Positions 17,731 through 28,100 of a DNA stretch of 62,333 bases are shown piece after piece. The stretch is taken from NCBI GenBank assembly GCA_051884775.1, contig JBJEVY010000075.1, forward strand, positions 1 through 62,333. The letters are read 5' to 3'. The stretch is from Candidatus Spyradenecus sp. Its GTDB lineage: Bacteria > Verrucomicrobiota > Kiritimatiellia > RFP12 > DVOR01. The translations under genes were made by a program, and so were the position numbers. The first letter of the stretch is position 1, and each line of letters starts with the position of its first letter. The notes beneath the pieces are model-generated. The model made no database searches and had not been told where the DNA came from. It saw nothing but the letters and a program-made list of their open reading frames with translations.

Positions 17731-18125
17731 TAGACGAGAGGCGATAGACGAGGAGGCTGTCGCCGGAGGTGGAGCGTCCGTCCGATGGACCGCCAGTTCC
17801 TCCGTCGCGGAACGCGCACTGTCGACTGTCGACTGTTGACTGTCGACTGGGCGCGCAGCGCCCCGCCCCGGGTTGACCTCGCATCCGCCCCGGGTTCGAG
17901 GTCGATCCGCCCCGGGTGAAGTTTTCGATAGGCAAGAGGCGGTAGGCGAGGAGGCTGTCGCCGGAGGTGGAGCATCCGTCCGATGGACCGCCAGTTCCTC
18001 CGTCGCGGAACGCGCACTGTCGACTGTCGACTGTTGACTGTCGACTGGGCGCGCATCGCCCCGCCCCGGGTTGACCTCGCATCCGCCCCGGGTTGGGGTC
18101 GGACTCGGGGCGGGTGCGTTTTCGG
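17711..18125. repeat. 198-bp tandem duplication (about 2.1 copies) upstream of, or in the 5' end of, the GT-C gene
   Basis: Unit 1 is 17711-17908 and unit 2 is 17909-18106, with a partial third. Each unit carries a GTCGACT heptad array (17819-17849, 18017-18047), a CCGTCGCGGAACGCGC core and three 22-bp-phased CCGCCCCGGGTT motifs. Confidence 0.9.
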
Positions 18126-18174
18126 GGTGAGGGAGGGGTGTGGGAAGGGGCTCGGCCATCGGCAGGGACCTCAA

Positions 18175-20112
18175 TCAGAGCGAGTGGGTGAATTGGCGCC
18201 AACGGAAGGCGGTCACGCGGCAGAGGTGGCCGGGGATCTCGGGAATCGTCCGGGCGATGACGCCGAGGACATTGCGCACGGAGAAGGGCTTGTGGGGTTG
18301 GCCGGCGTAGTCGTGCATCCCGGGCAGACGGATGAGGGTGGGATCCTGCGGCCAATACCAGAAGTTCTCGCCCAAGTAGAAGCACGGGGTGCCGGCGGCA
18401 CGCAAGTCGCGCATCTGCGCGGGGGTCTGCCAGGCCGGGGTGCGAATGCCGCACTCTGGGAGCATCGCGCGGTAGTAGAAGTCGAAGACATGCGGGGCGG
18501 GAATGCCGCGCGGAAGCGTCTCCCAGGCGGCCAGACAGCGACCATCCTCGCGGTAGCGATCGTGGAGGGAGAGGGTGTAGACGCGCGGGGCCGCCTCGCT
18601 CCGCATCGACTGAACCATCGAGAGGGCGTAGACGCTCAACCCCAGCGACATAAAGAGCTTGCCCGCGGCAAAGAGGTAGGAACTCGAGGCCATAATCGAC
18701 ATCCCCACCGTCCCCAAGAGCCGCCCGCACCAAGGACTGCGCGGCACATTGGCGGTGATGGCATTGAAGCAGACCAGGAGCGGGAACATCCACAGCTGCG
18801 GCACATAGCGCACATAGCCCATCGTCTTGGTGGGCTGGAGGAAGGAGGTAAGCAAAATGGCCGCCAACAGCCACGGCACCGCGCAGCGCCGCGTGAAGCA
18901 GAGCGTCAGGAGCGTCAGGCACATCACAATGCGGAAGCCCGGACCCAGACCGCCCACTTGGTCGAGGTGGAAGATCGGCCGGAAGGGCTTGCGCCCCAGC
19001 TTCCATTCGTAGTAGCGATGGGCGAGGTACTTGGAGAGATAGGCATTCACCAGGCGCCCGCAGTAACCCATCTCGGCCGCGTCATCATTCTGCAGGTCAA
19101 AGTCCGCCGTCATCGCCGGCAGCGGCTCGGTCTTGGAGAAGGTGTGCTCGGGGTAGAGCGGACCGCCGTGGTTGGCCCAATTGGTTAGGTAGGGCGAAAA
19201 GCCCACCGTCAGCGCCAGGACAAAGCCGGCGGCATTGGCAATCACCCACTTCCAGAAGGCGTGGCCGCGCGCCTCGCGTACCGCTCGCCACAGCACCGGC
19301 ACCGTAAAGAGCCCCGCCGAGAGCACCAGCGAAATCATCCCCGTGAACTTCAGGTTGCACCCCAGCACCGGCGCCAACGTCACATAGGTGAGCCACGCCG
19401 TGCGCCCCGTCTTGCGATAGGCACAGGCCGCCAGGAGGAAGATCAGCAGCAGCGCATACTGCGTGCCATCCTGCGCGCCGCAGAAGGCACTCGCCACCAC
19501 CCCCGGCGACAGAAGCGTCAGCGAGGCAAAGAAGAGCCGCTTCCACCGCCCCGGCCCAAAGAGCAACGGCGTCACCCGCCACGAAAGCGCCCCCAGCACC
19601 ACCGCCGCCAACAAAATCAAGGTGTCGCCCGATTCCGAATTGCCCGTCAGCGCCGCCGTGGCCGCACTCCAAGTCCACCCCGCCCGCGGCAGATAGGCCA
19701 CATGATAGGCATTGAAGGTGACCGCATCCGCCCCCGTGGCCGCGAGCATCGCCTCGCGCGTGGCGGCAAAAACCGGATTCCAGCCGCCCAAGAGCAGCCG
19801 CGCCGCCGGCAGATGGTAGGCCTGCGCATCCCACCACGAGAAGAAAAGGAAGATGGCATCCACCGCAAAAATGGCCGCCACCGCTCCGGCAAACCACCCC
19901 GCGCGCTTCAACCCCTCGCGCCAGGTGCCCCCGCCGGCAATCGCCAGCGCCCCGGCCAGCACAAACCCCGCCACCGCCCAACGCCCAGAAGCCGGCAGCC
20001 CCAGCAGATACCCCACCGAAGCGAGCAGCACCGTCAGCGTGGGAAAGGCCAGCAACACCGCCGGCAACGGAAAGAGCCCCCGCGCCCGGAAGCCCGAAAG
20101 AAAGCCCGCCAT
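18175..20112 (-). CDS. Large polytopic membrane protein, function unknown (GT-C or polymerase-like topology)
   Basis: 645 aa from MAGFLSGF, with at least 12 hydrophobic segments and a soluble C-terminal domain of about 180 aa. The ORF is open to 20226 through a heptad region. Confidence 0.6.
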   Translation of the reverse strand: MAGFLSGFRARGLFPLPAVLLAFPTLTVLLASVGYLLGLPASGRWAVAGFVLAGALAIAGGGTWREGLKRAGWFAGAVAAIFAVDAIFLFFSWWDAQAYHLPAARLLLGGWNPVFAATREAMLAATGADAVTFNAYHVAYLPRAGWTWSAATAALTGNSESGDTLILLAAVVLGALSWRVTPLLFGPGRWKRLFFASLTLLSPGVVASAFCGAQDGTQYALLLIFLLAACAYRKTGRTAWLTYVTLAPVLGCNLKFTGMISLVLSAGLFTVPVLWRAVREARGHAFWKWVIANAAGFVLALTVGFSPYLTNWANHGGPLYPEHTFSKTEPLPAMTADFDLQNDDAAEMGYCGRLVNAYLSKYLAHRYYEWKLGRKPFRPIFHLDQVGGLGPGFRIVMCLTLLTLCFTRRCAVPWLLAAILLTSFLQPTKTMGYVRYVPQLWMFPLLVCFNAITANVPRSPWCGRLLGTVGMSIMASSSYLFAAGKLFMSLGLSVYALSMVQSMRSEAAPRVYTLSLHDRYREDGRCLAAWETLPRGIPAPHVFDFYYRAMLPECGIRTPAWQTPAQMRDLRAAGTPCFYLGENFWYWPQDPTLIRLPGMHDYAGQPHKPFSVRNVLGVIARTIPEIPGHLCRVTAFRWRQFTHSL

Positions 20113-20118
20113 GCTCGC

Positions 20119-20207
20119 GATGACGGAAGACGAATGACAGAGAACAGAGGCCTCGGCCGATCCGTCTCGGAACGTGTCCTGTCCTCTGTCCTCTGTCATC
20201 GGTCGTC
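20119..20207. repeat. Inverted pair of GATGACA/GAGGACA heptad arrays immediately upstream of the membrane-protein ATG
   Basis: Left arm 20119-20150 is gatgacggaagacgaatgacagagaacagagg. Right arm 20174-20207 is gtgtcctgtcctctgtcctctgtcatcggtcgtc. An 18-bp stem has 2 mismatches; the core is ccgtctcggaacgtg. Confidence 0.8.
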
Positions 20208-20230
20208 TGCGCGCGTCAGCGCGCATACTG

Positions 20231-21595
20231 TTACTTCGCCAATTCCGGGAAGAGCGTGCAGGTGATGCCCTGCTTCGCGCGCTGTTCCTCGAAGAACTTC
20301 ATCGCCGCTTCGCGCTTGCGCATCTCGGTGAGCTGCTCGGTCAGTTCCTCGGCCGTCGGCACACGCGGAGCCTGCTTGAGCAGCGGGCGCACCGTCACCA
20401 TCGCGGGGGTGTCCTCCACCTTGATGAGAATGTGGGAGGCCTGAACCTTGCCAGCCGCGTCATCGCGCTTGGTCACCTTGACGATGTGGTAGCCAAAGGC
20501 GGTCTTGATAATCGGGCCAACCTCGCCCACCGGCTGCTCAAAGGCCGCCTTCTCAAACTCCGGCACCATCGCGCCCTTGCCAAACTCGCCCAAATCGCCC
20601 CCGGCGCGCGCGCCGCTCGGGCAATCGGAGAAGACCTTGGCCTGATCCTCGAAGGTGGCCTCACCCTTGACGATACGGTCGCGGATCTCCGTCAGCTTGG
20701 CCTGCGCGCCCGCCGCGTCGCCCTGCTTGGCGGCCTCGCGCTTAATGACCTTGAAGATCACCTTCGCCCCGGGCACATCCATCACCGGCGTCATCCCGCC
20801 CTCGGGCACGCTCGTAAGCTGCGCCTGCGCCTCAGCCGTCAGCCCCAACTGGGCCAGACGATTCTCGGGCAAGGGCATCTCATCCTTAATCATCGAGTTG
20901 GCCTTCACCAAATCCTCGAAGGTCGCGGTCCCCTCCACGAGCTGCTTGGCATAGCCAGCCATCTCCTCATCCAGAAGCTTGGCAGCCACCTGCTGCTTCT
21001 CAATCTCAGCCTGCACTTCGGCCGGATCCACCGTCACCTGCGGGAAGACCTTCTCCTCAAGCAACTTCAGCTCCAGCCACTGCTTCTCAAGCATCGACTT
21101 CGCCTCCGCCTCACCCAGCGGGAAGCTCTTGAGGATCTCGTCAAAGGTCTGACCCTGACGCTTCTCCAGCTCGGCAATCTGCTTGGCACGGAAGTCATCA
21201 TCCACCGCCACGCCCAACTCCTTGGCCGCCGCGGCAATCACATTATCCACGATAAACATCTGCACCTGCTGACGGCGAAACTCCTGCTTGGCCTGCGGCA
21301 ACTGCGCGGTAGGAATCGCCCCGCCCGTCATCTTCGCGTAGAGCCCGACCATCTCATCGACCTTGGCCGAGAGATCGCCCCAGGTCAGCTGCGCCTCGCC
21401 CACGCTCACAATCACATCGCTATCCTTCGGCGGCGGCGGCAACGCCACCACATCGCTCTCCACCGAGGCTTTCGGCTTCACTTCGGCCGCAACCGCGCCC
21501 TGCCCCTCGGCAGGCTGCTCCTCGGTCTTGCTGCACCCGGTCAACGCCACGGCCGCAGCCAACGCCGACATCACAAACAAAGGCATCTTCAACAT
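20231..21595 (-). CDS. Parvulin-type peptidyl-prolyl isomerase lipoprotein (PrsA/SurA-like)
   Basis: Lipobox AVALTGC and PPIC motif GGDLGEFGKGAMVPEFEKAAF...AFGYHIVKV. Confidence 0.85.
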   Translation of the reverse strand: MLKMPLFVMSALAAAVALTGCSKTEEQPAEGQGAVAAEVKPKASVESDVVALPPPPKDSDVIVSVGEAQLTWGDLSAKVDEMVGLYAKMTGGAIPTAQLPQAKQEFRRQQVQMFIVDNVIAAAAKELGVAVDDDFRAKQIAELEKRQGQTFDEILKSFPLGEAEAKSMLEKQWLELKLLEEKVFPQVTVDPAEVQAEIEKQQVAAKLLDEEMAGYAKQLVEGTATFEDLVKANSMIKDEMPLPENRLAQLGLTAEAQAQLTSVPEGGMTPVMDVPGAKVIFKVIKREAAKQGDAAGAQAKLTEIRDRIVKGEATFEDQAKVFSDCPSGARAGGDLGEFGKGAMVPEFEKAAFEQPVGEVGPIIKTAFGYHIVKVTKRDDAAGKVQASHILIKVEDTPAMVTVRPLLKQAPRVPTAEELTEQLTEMRKREAAMKFFEEQRAKQGITCTLFPELAK

Positions 21596-21640
21596 ATCAA
21601 CTTCGCTCCATTACAGCGGGGTTCACAAAAAGTAACGCCT

Positions 21641-21649
21641 ATCATACCA
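21641..21649 (-). promoter_or_regulatory. Candidate extended -10 (TGGTATGAT) for the parvulin gene
   Basis: Minus strand reads gattgTGGTATGATagg, about 45 nt upstream of the ATG at 21595. Confidence 0.4.
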
Positions 21650-21672
21650 CAATCACGCCCGCCCCGCGCACG

Positions 21673-21857
21673 CAACCACAGAGGCACGCAAAGCCACGCC
21701 GAAATAGACGCGGGGTGAGCAACCACAGAGAAGCGCAAAGACACGCAAAGAAGCACAAAGGGTTGTGGAGGCCTTGTCACGCCGAAATAGACGCAGGGAA
21801 GCAACCACAGAGAAGCACAGAGTTCACAAAGAAAGGCACGCAGAGGCACGCAGGGGT
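21673..21857 (-). repeat. Family-A repeat array, reverse orientation
   Basis: aaccacagag..cacaaagggttgtggaggccttgtcacgccgaaatagacgcaggg is the reverse complement of units at 12015-12224. Confidence 0.85.
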
Positions 21858-21935
21858 TATCGAAGCAGGTACATGAAGCGAAGCACATAGCCATTAAGAG
21901 TTTTGCTGTGGCCTGCTCCGCCAGGCCACCCGCAC

Positions 21936-22072
21936 GCGCCAAAGGCGCACCTCACGGCCCGAAGGGCCACCCTCACGCGCCGAAGGCGCACCTCACGGCC
22001 CGAAGGGCCACCCTCACGCGCCGAAGGCGCACCTCACGGCCCGAAGGGCCACCCTCACGCGCCGAAGGCACC
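21936..22072 (+). repeat. 41-bp tandem repeat (3.3 copies) of paired GAA-triloop hairpins
   Basis: The unit gcgccgaaggcgcacctcacggcccgaagggccaccctcac starts at 21936, 21977, 22018 and 22059. Confidence 0.9.
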
Positions 22073-22080
22073 GCAAGGGG

Positions 22081-22114
22081 CAAAAAAGGGGGCCCCGCAG
22101 TTGCCTGCGGGGCC
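22081..22114 (-). terminator. Rho-independent terminator of the giant exported-protein gene
   Basis: Minus strand reads GGCCCCGCAG-gcaa-CTGCGGGGCC followed by CCCTTTTTTG. Confidence 0.8.
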
Positions 22115-22149
22115 GAGGATTTATATATTCTTTAGGGATGAAATGGGGG

Positions 22150-25100
22150 TTAGGGGGTGGAGGTCGTCTTCGAGGCGCGGACGGTGAAGCCATGCGTGCC
22201 AAGACCCAGACCCGACATCGGCAGGGCGAACCACCGCTCGCCCGTGCCCGCTGTAATGCCGAACTGAGCGGAAAGCGTATCGGCATCGAGCAACGTCGCG
22301 CCAGAATCGGCGTCATTGAGCCACAGCGTCACCGTGGTGCCCTCGGCGTATCCGGCGGCGGAAGCATCCTCCGCCTTGCCATTGGAGACCTTGGCGCAAG
22401 TCAGCACATAGAGCTGCGCGGCAGCATCGCCCGCCAACTGCGCCTCCTTGATGGTAATATCACTCACGCCAAAGTCGTAGGTGACCACGGCCGTAGCCGT
22501 TGTGCTGAAGCCACCATCCCAATCGGGCGTAAGAACCAGGGTCGTCTCCAGGTTCGTGAAGCAATCGACCGCTTGTACGCTGCCCTTTACCTCACCGACC
22601 GTACTCTGCGTTGTGATGTCCGTGACCTTCGTGATGATATAGCCCTTGCCGGCCCACGCATCAAGCTCCTCTTGAATGGCCGTCTTCACCGCATCGTTCT
22701 CGGAAACCGCTGCGGGCAGGGTGTCTGTCCCCAGCTTCTTCAACACGCTCATCGTCACATCCGTGCCAAAGAAGCCCGTTGCTTCGCTCAGATAGAGTTC
22801 CAGCGCAGTGGCGGAGGTTTCCAGCGTGAAGTGCTCCGACGACCCGGCAGCAAAGACCATCAGCTGGACCGGCTCAGTGGCGCGGACAGTCACCGTGCCA
22901 CTCTCGGGCCAGGTAATGTCTACGCCCGCCAGCGACAGCGATCCGCCAGCGACAGAGTTCTTGGCATCGAAGATGGCCCCCGCCTCAAAGACGATTGGCA
23001 TCTCAATGGCCCCCTCACCAGAGAGCACCTGATTGGCTGCAACTGTCACCACCGGCTTGGTCGTCACCGACTCCGCAAGCTCCATAGAGAGTGTTGCGCT
23101 CTTAAGCGTCAACTCGTTCACGCTCAAGCCCGTCTCGTTGTCACGCGCGGCGTGCAACACCAAGCCACTCTTAAGCGTCAACTTGCCGGGTGCCAAGCGG
23201 TTCGTCTGGTCGGCCGCAAAGACATACTTCGATGCAGCCTTGACCTCCACTTCACCTGCGCCAGTCACATTCGCATTCATCTGACGGGCCGTGTCGACGA
23301 CCAGCTTGCCGCCCTCGGCGACCGTCACCGTCGTCGTTGCCGGCAACATCACACTCTGCGTCCCGGCCGTGCCAACCGTGTAGGTGGCCCCGGCAGCAAT
23401 ATCAATGGCGCTGATGTCGCACCCAGCGGCCGCCTGCGAGACCTGCGTCGCGGCCGTGCCATCGCCGATGACCACCTTGCCCGCGCCCGTCACCGAGGCG
23501 GACAGCGTCGTAGCCAAGGTAGGCATAAGACGCAGTTCCGAGTTGGCGGCCACCTCAATGGCCCCCGCGTAAGTCGCCACGCCATCGGCCACTGTACCCA
23601 GTGTTCCGGCCAGGGTGAGCGTAGAGGCGGTTGTGCCATCGCCGAGGGTGAGGCGGCCGGTACCACTGGTGCCCGCCACCACCGCGCCAGTCACCGTCGC
23701 GACCGAGGAAGAAGCAAAGGTGAAGTAGGAGTTCTTGCTAATCGCCAAGGTTCCGCCAAAGGTCGAGGCGGTCTGCCCCGTCAAGAAGCGACCCTTGAGG
23801 ACCAATCCAGAGGTCTGAGAGCCATTGCCGATGACCAGGCGGCTCGTCCCATCTGCGATGGCAATATCGCCCGACATCTCCTGCTTGATGGGCGAAGTCA
23901 AGGTCAGCGTGGCGCCGCGCCCCACCAGAAGGCTACCCTGGAAGGTCGCCAAATCGTTCGTCGCCGAGCCCAAGGTTGAGGCGATAGTCACAGCACTGTT
24001 CGACAACACGCCAACAACACCCGTGCCAGTAATCGACTTCGTGAGCGGCGTCACCGTATCTGCCACATCAAGCGGATAGAGCGTACCCGAAACGGCAACA
24101 CTGCTACTTGTCAGATGGTTGAGTGCGGCAATCTCCACCGCCGCAACACCCTCCACCGTCAGGGACTTGAAGTTTGCCACGGCCTCTTCAGTGCCCTCGT
24201 AGAAGACCATAAGGTTCTCGCCGCTCAGCGTAAGGTCAATCGTTGAGCAGTAGGCCGAGGACATATCCAGCGCAACATAGGCTCCATCCGCGGCCGCGGA
24301 GACATCCGCCGTTAGGTCCAGGCCCAACATAAAGATGTTCGAACTCACCTCCAGGCCATCCGAGCTCTTCCACGGCAAGGCGCTCCAGGCTGTAGCCGAT
24401 TCGCTCGCCGGCGCAACAGCCGAAAGAACCTTGGCCGTGTCCTTGACCAGCCAGTAGTAGCCCTGCTTCCATGGCAGCGTGTAGCCCGAGATGGCCGCGA
24501 AGCTGACATCGCTCTGCGCTGTGTAAAGCACCGGCTGCACCGCCGCCGTATGACCCGTCACCGTCACCGTGCCCGTGACCGACGAAACCCCCAGCACCCC
24601 CTGGCTCACATCCAACTGCGCGCCCTCAGCAAAGGTGACCTCGCCGGTGACCTTCCCCTTGCCAGAGATAACCGCTGTGCTGGCGAGGTTGACCGTGCCC
24701 GAGAGCGTGACATTCTCCGGCACCGAGAGGGTGCTGCCAAAGGTGAGGCTCGCGTCCGAAGCCATTGTAGCCGAGACCTCATTCGCGAAGGCCACGGGCA
24801 CATTGATGGTGCCGCTGCCCGAGAGGCTCTTCCCGGCGGAGAGGGTGAGCGTTGCGCCCCCAGAGAGCGTGCCATTCACCGTTACATCGCAGTTCTCCAC
24901 GGTGTAGGGGGTCGACGCATAGTTCGGCAAGGCGAGTGTAGCGGTGTTCGTCACTTCGAGGGTGCCGGCAAAGCCATCCTCGCCCGCGACAAGCCCCGTC
25001 TTCCCGGTGTCGCTATCGCGCCCGAGCGTCAAGGTCTTCCCCTCTGCCACGCTAATCTTGCCCGCGCCAACCACCTGGCGATAGGCCGTCGTCGTCTCCG

Positions 25101-28100
25101 TCACAGAGAGCTCGCCATCCACTGTCAGGAGCGCTGTGGCGTGATAGTCGATGGTCGGCCCGGCGAGGGTGCACGTGGCCCTTTCCGCAACCGTCAGCGC
25201 GGCCCCGGCCCCCAGCGTGGAGCCCGAGGCCAAAGTGCCCGTCCCCGTCACCTTGAGCGTCGGCGTTGCGCTCTGGTCTTGCGTAACCTTGCCGTTAAGC
25301 GTCAGTGTCGGCACCACGAGCGTTGCTGCGTAGAAGGTGCGCAACTGCAGCTCGCCTGTCGCCTCGACCGTCAGACTGTTCGTGAAGGGAGCCGTATAGT
25401 TATCGCCACCAATGCCGAAGATGAAACGCGAACTTGCCGGGACAACCGTCTCGCCCGCCCCGGTCACATTGATATAGGCGTAGCCGGAGGTCAACTTCAA
25501 GGTGCCCGCGTTCTCAATCGTTGCATTATCGGTGAACGAGCGCGCTGTCGTTTCGGTAATCGACTCGGGCGTGCCGGTGGCGACCTCCAGCGTGGCACCG
25601 GAAAGCACGCGAATCTTGCCGCCGCTGGCCGGAACCCACGGCTTCTTCACCGAGACCGTAGCCCCATTGACAATCGAGATGTTCTTGAGGAAGTCCGTCG
25701 TGCTACTCGGTGCCGTGGTCGAGCCAATCTGAATGACGAGCTGGTCGTTGCTGGCATTCGCCGGGGTTAGCTCGAAGCTGCCCTCGAAGTCTGCCGCAGA
25801 CCCAATCAGGAGGCTATACATCCACGCTCGGCTACTACCATCCGTTGCACCTTGGAACTTGCCGGTGCCGACCAAGGTGTTGACAACGATGTTCGCATTG
25901 CTAGTTGAGCTTCCATTGGAGAGGGTCAACCCCTCGCCGGTGAGGCGCAGCCGCGGGACCGTCAGGGCATTCATCCAGCCCGCCACGCCATCGAACTCCA
26001 CGGTGGAGTTGGCGTTGCCGTAGGCGTTCGGCCGCAGTTGCGTGTTCGAGCCCGTAATGCCGGAGACCGTGATGGTGCCGGTCCACGCAGCGCTATTGGA
26101 GATGCCGGGGAGGCCATCGACGGCACTCCCAGTCACATTCGGCACCACGCCTTGGAAGCGGAGCGTGCCCGAGCCGGTGATGGCGCGGCAGCTCTTCACG
26201 GCGGCACCATTGCTCACGCGCAGCGTTGCGCTCGCGTCGAGGTCCAGCGTGCCGGTGAAGTCGGCGAAAGGCTCGGTGGTGGCGTAGCCATTGGTCAGCG
26301 AAACCGTGCCGGTACCCGTGAAGGTCGGGAGGGTGGCGGGCGCCTCGGCGGTAGCCGCGCCCATGTCGAGCGTCAGGATTGCGTCGCTGCCCACCGAGCG
26401 CGTGGTAATCGCCGCCGTGCAGGGGAGCTGGACGCGGCTGTACCCCAGGAGCTCCAAGGTCCCAATCGTCGCGCCCTCGGCCAGCGAAAGGGTCAGCAGC
26501 TGGGCGGCGGCCGCGCTCTCAAAGCCCGTCACCACCACCTTCGTCAACTGCGCCTCGGCCGGGATTTCGAGGTTAATCGCCGCCGTTAGCGCGCTGCAGT
26601 CAATCGTGACAAGGCCCTCGGTCGGAACCGTCTGGCCGGACCACAGGGAAGTGTCGCTCCACGTGTGGTTCGCGTTGGTGGGCGACCAGATGGCGGAGGC
26701 GTTGGTGAGGACGAGGTCACCCGTGTCCTCCGCCAGCGAGGCGCTGAACTGGGTCTGCTCAACGCCCATACTGTCCCAAACCTTCACCTGCGAGAGGTTA
26801 CCGCTCCAGCGAACATTCGTCGTCAGCGTTGGCGAGCCCAACTGCTCGTCGCTCAGGCGCAGGACCAAGGTGCCCGTGCAACCTTCGGCGTTGGGCGTGA
26901 TGGTTTGGGCCGCGCTCTGCACTGGCAATACCAGCGTGCCGGAGGTCAATGTAACGGTGCCCGAGCCGAGGCAGCCATCCCCGACTTCCCAGGTGCCGCT
27001 CCCGGCCACTTCAATATTGAGGTGGGGCCCAATCGTGCCAAGCCAGGTGCCATTCTGCGCGCCAATCAGCTTGAGCGTGCGGTCGGTCCCGTCGCCCGTG
27101 CGCAGGGCGCAGCCGCTATTCACGGCCGGCTCGGTCAGCCCCGAGAGGACGTACGCGTAGGCCGTGCCGCGCAGGGTGCCCACGGTCACGGTATCGGCGT
27201 TTACGGCAAGGGACGAGTAGTTCTGGGCGTTCGCGCCATTGAGGTAGAGGTTGGCCGAGCCGAGGGCCGTATTGCTCGCCGCCACAAGGTAGTGCTGATA
27301 GGGGCGCGACTCGGTGCCGCCGGAAGCGCGGACGGTCTCAATGGCCCCGACGAAGCCAGTGTTATCGCCGGTAATTGTCAGCGTGGAGGGCGTGTAGTGG
27401 TTCGTGGTCTGGTTCCACTTTAAGGTGCCGGTGCCGCTCAGGGTGCCGGTGCCATCGGGGCTGCCCACGCTGATGAAGTTGTTCCACGAGGTTTGAGTGA
27501 CCGTCACGGTCGCGCTCCCGAGCGAGAGGACTTCGATATTCTCGCGGATGCTCTCGGCGTTACTGCCCAGCGCGATCGTCAAGGCCGACCCACTGGCCGC
27601 GACCTTCTTGACCGTGTGCCCGCCGGTCCCTGCGAGCGTGAGCGTGCCGGCCGCCTGTTGGAGTTCGCCGCCAAAGGTGGTGCCGCTGTTGAGCGTAACG
27701 ATGCCACTGGGCTTGGAGAGCGTGCCGGTATACCCCGCAGCATTGCCGATTGTCAGGTTCGGCGTGCCGGAATAGGTGGCGAAGGTGAGGTCCTTCGAAC
27801 CCGAAAGCGTCGAGAGGGTCAACGTGGTGCTGCCCGCCTGCGTAATCTTGGCGTTCTCGATAACCTCAACGGTCGAGAGCGTTGCCGTGCCATCCGCGCG
27901 CAAGGCCGCACCCCCATAGGCGTTTGTTTCGCTGTAGTTGGAGGCGCCGAGCACAAAGCGCGTCTGGGTACCCGTCTTACTCGCCGAATTGCTGTCTAAC
28001 CACAACTGGCCGCCCGTGAGGAAGATGGTGGCAACATTGGCAAAGCCGCCCGCCGACCCCACCAACCAACGGCCGGACTGAATATTGAGCGAGGCGGCAT

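Noticed and set aside
17711-18106. The 198-bp duplicated units as a template/variable repeat pair of a diversity-generating retroelement
   Set aside because: Differences between the units are ordinary transitions in both directions, not adenine-specific. No reverse transcriptase or accessory gene is nearby, and the units are adjacent rather than one lying at a gene 3' end.
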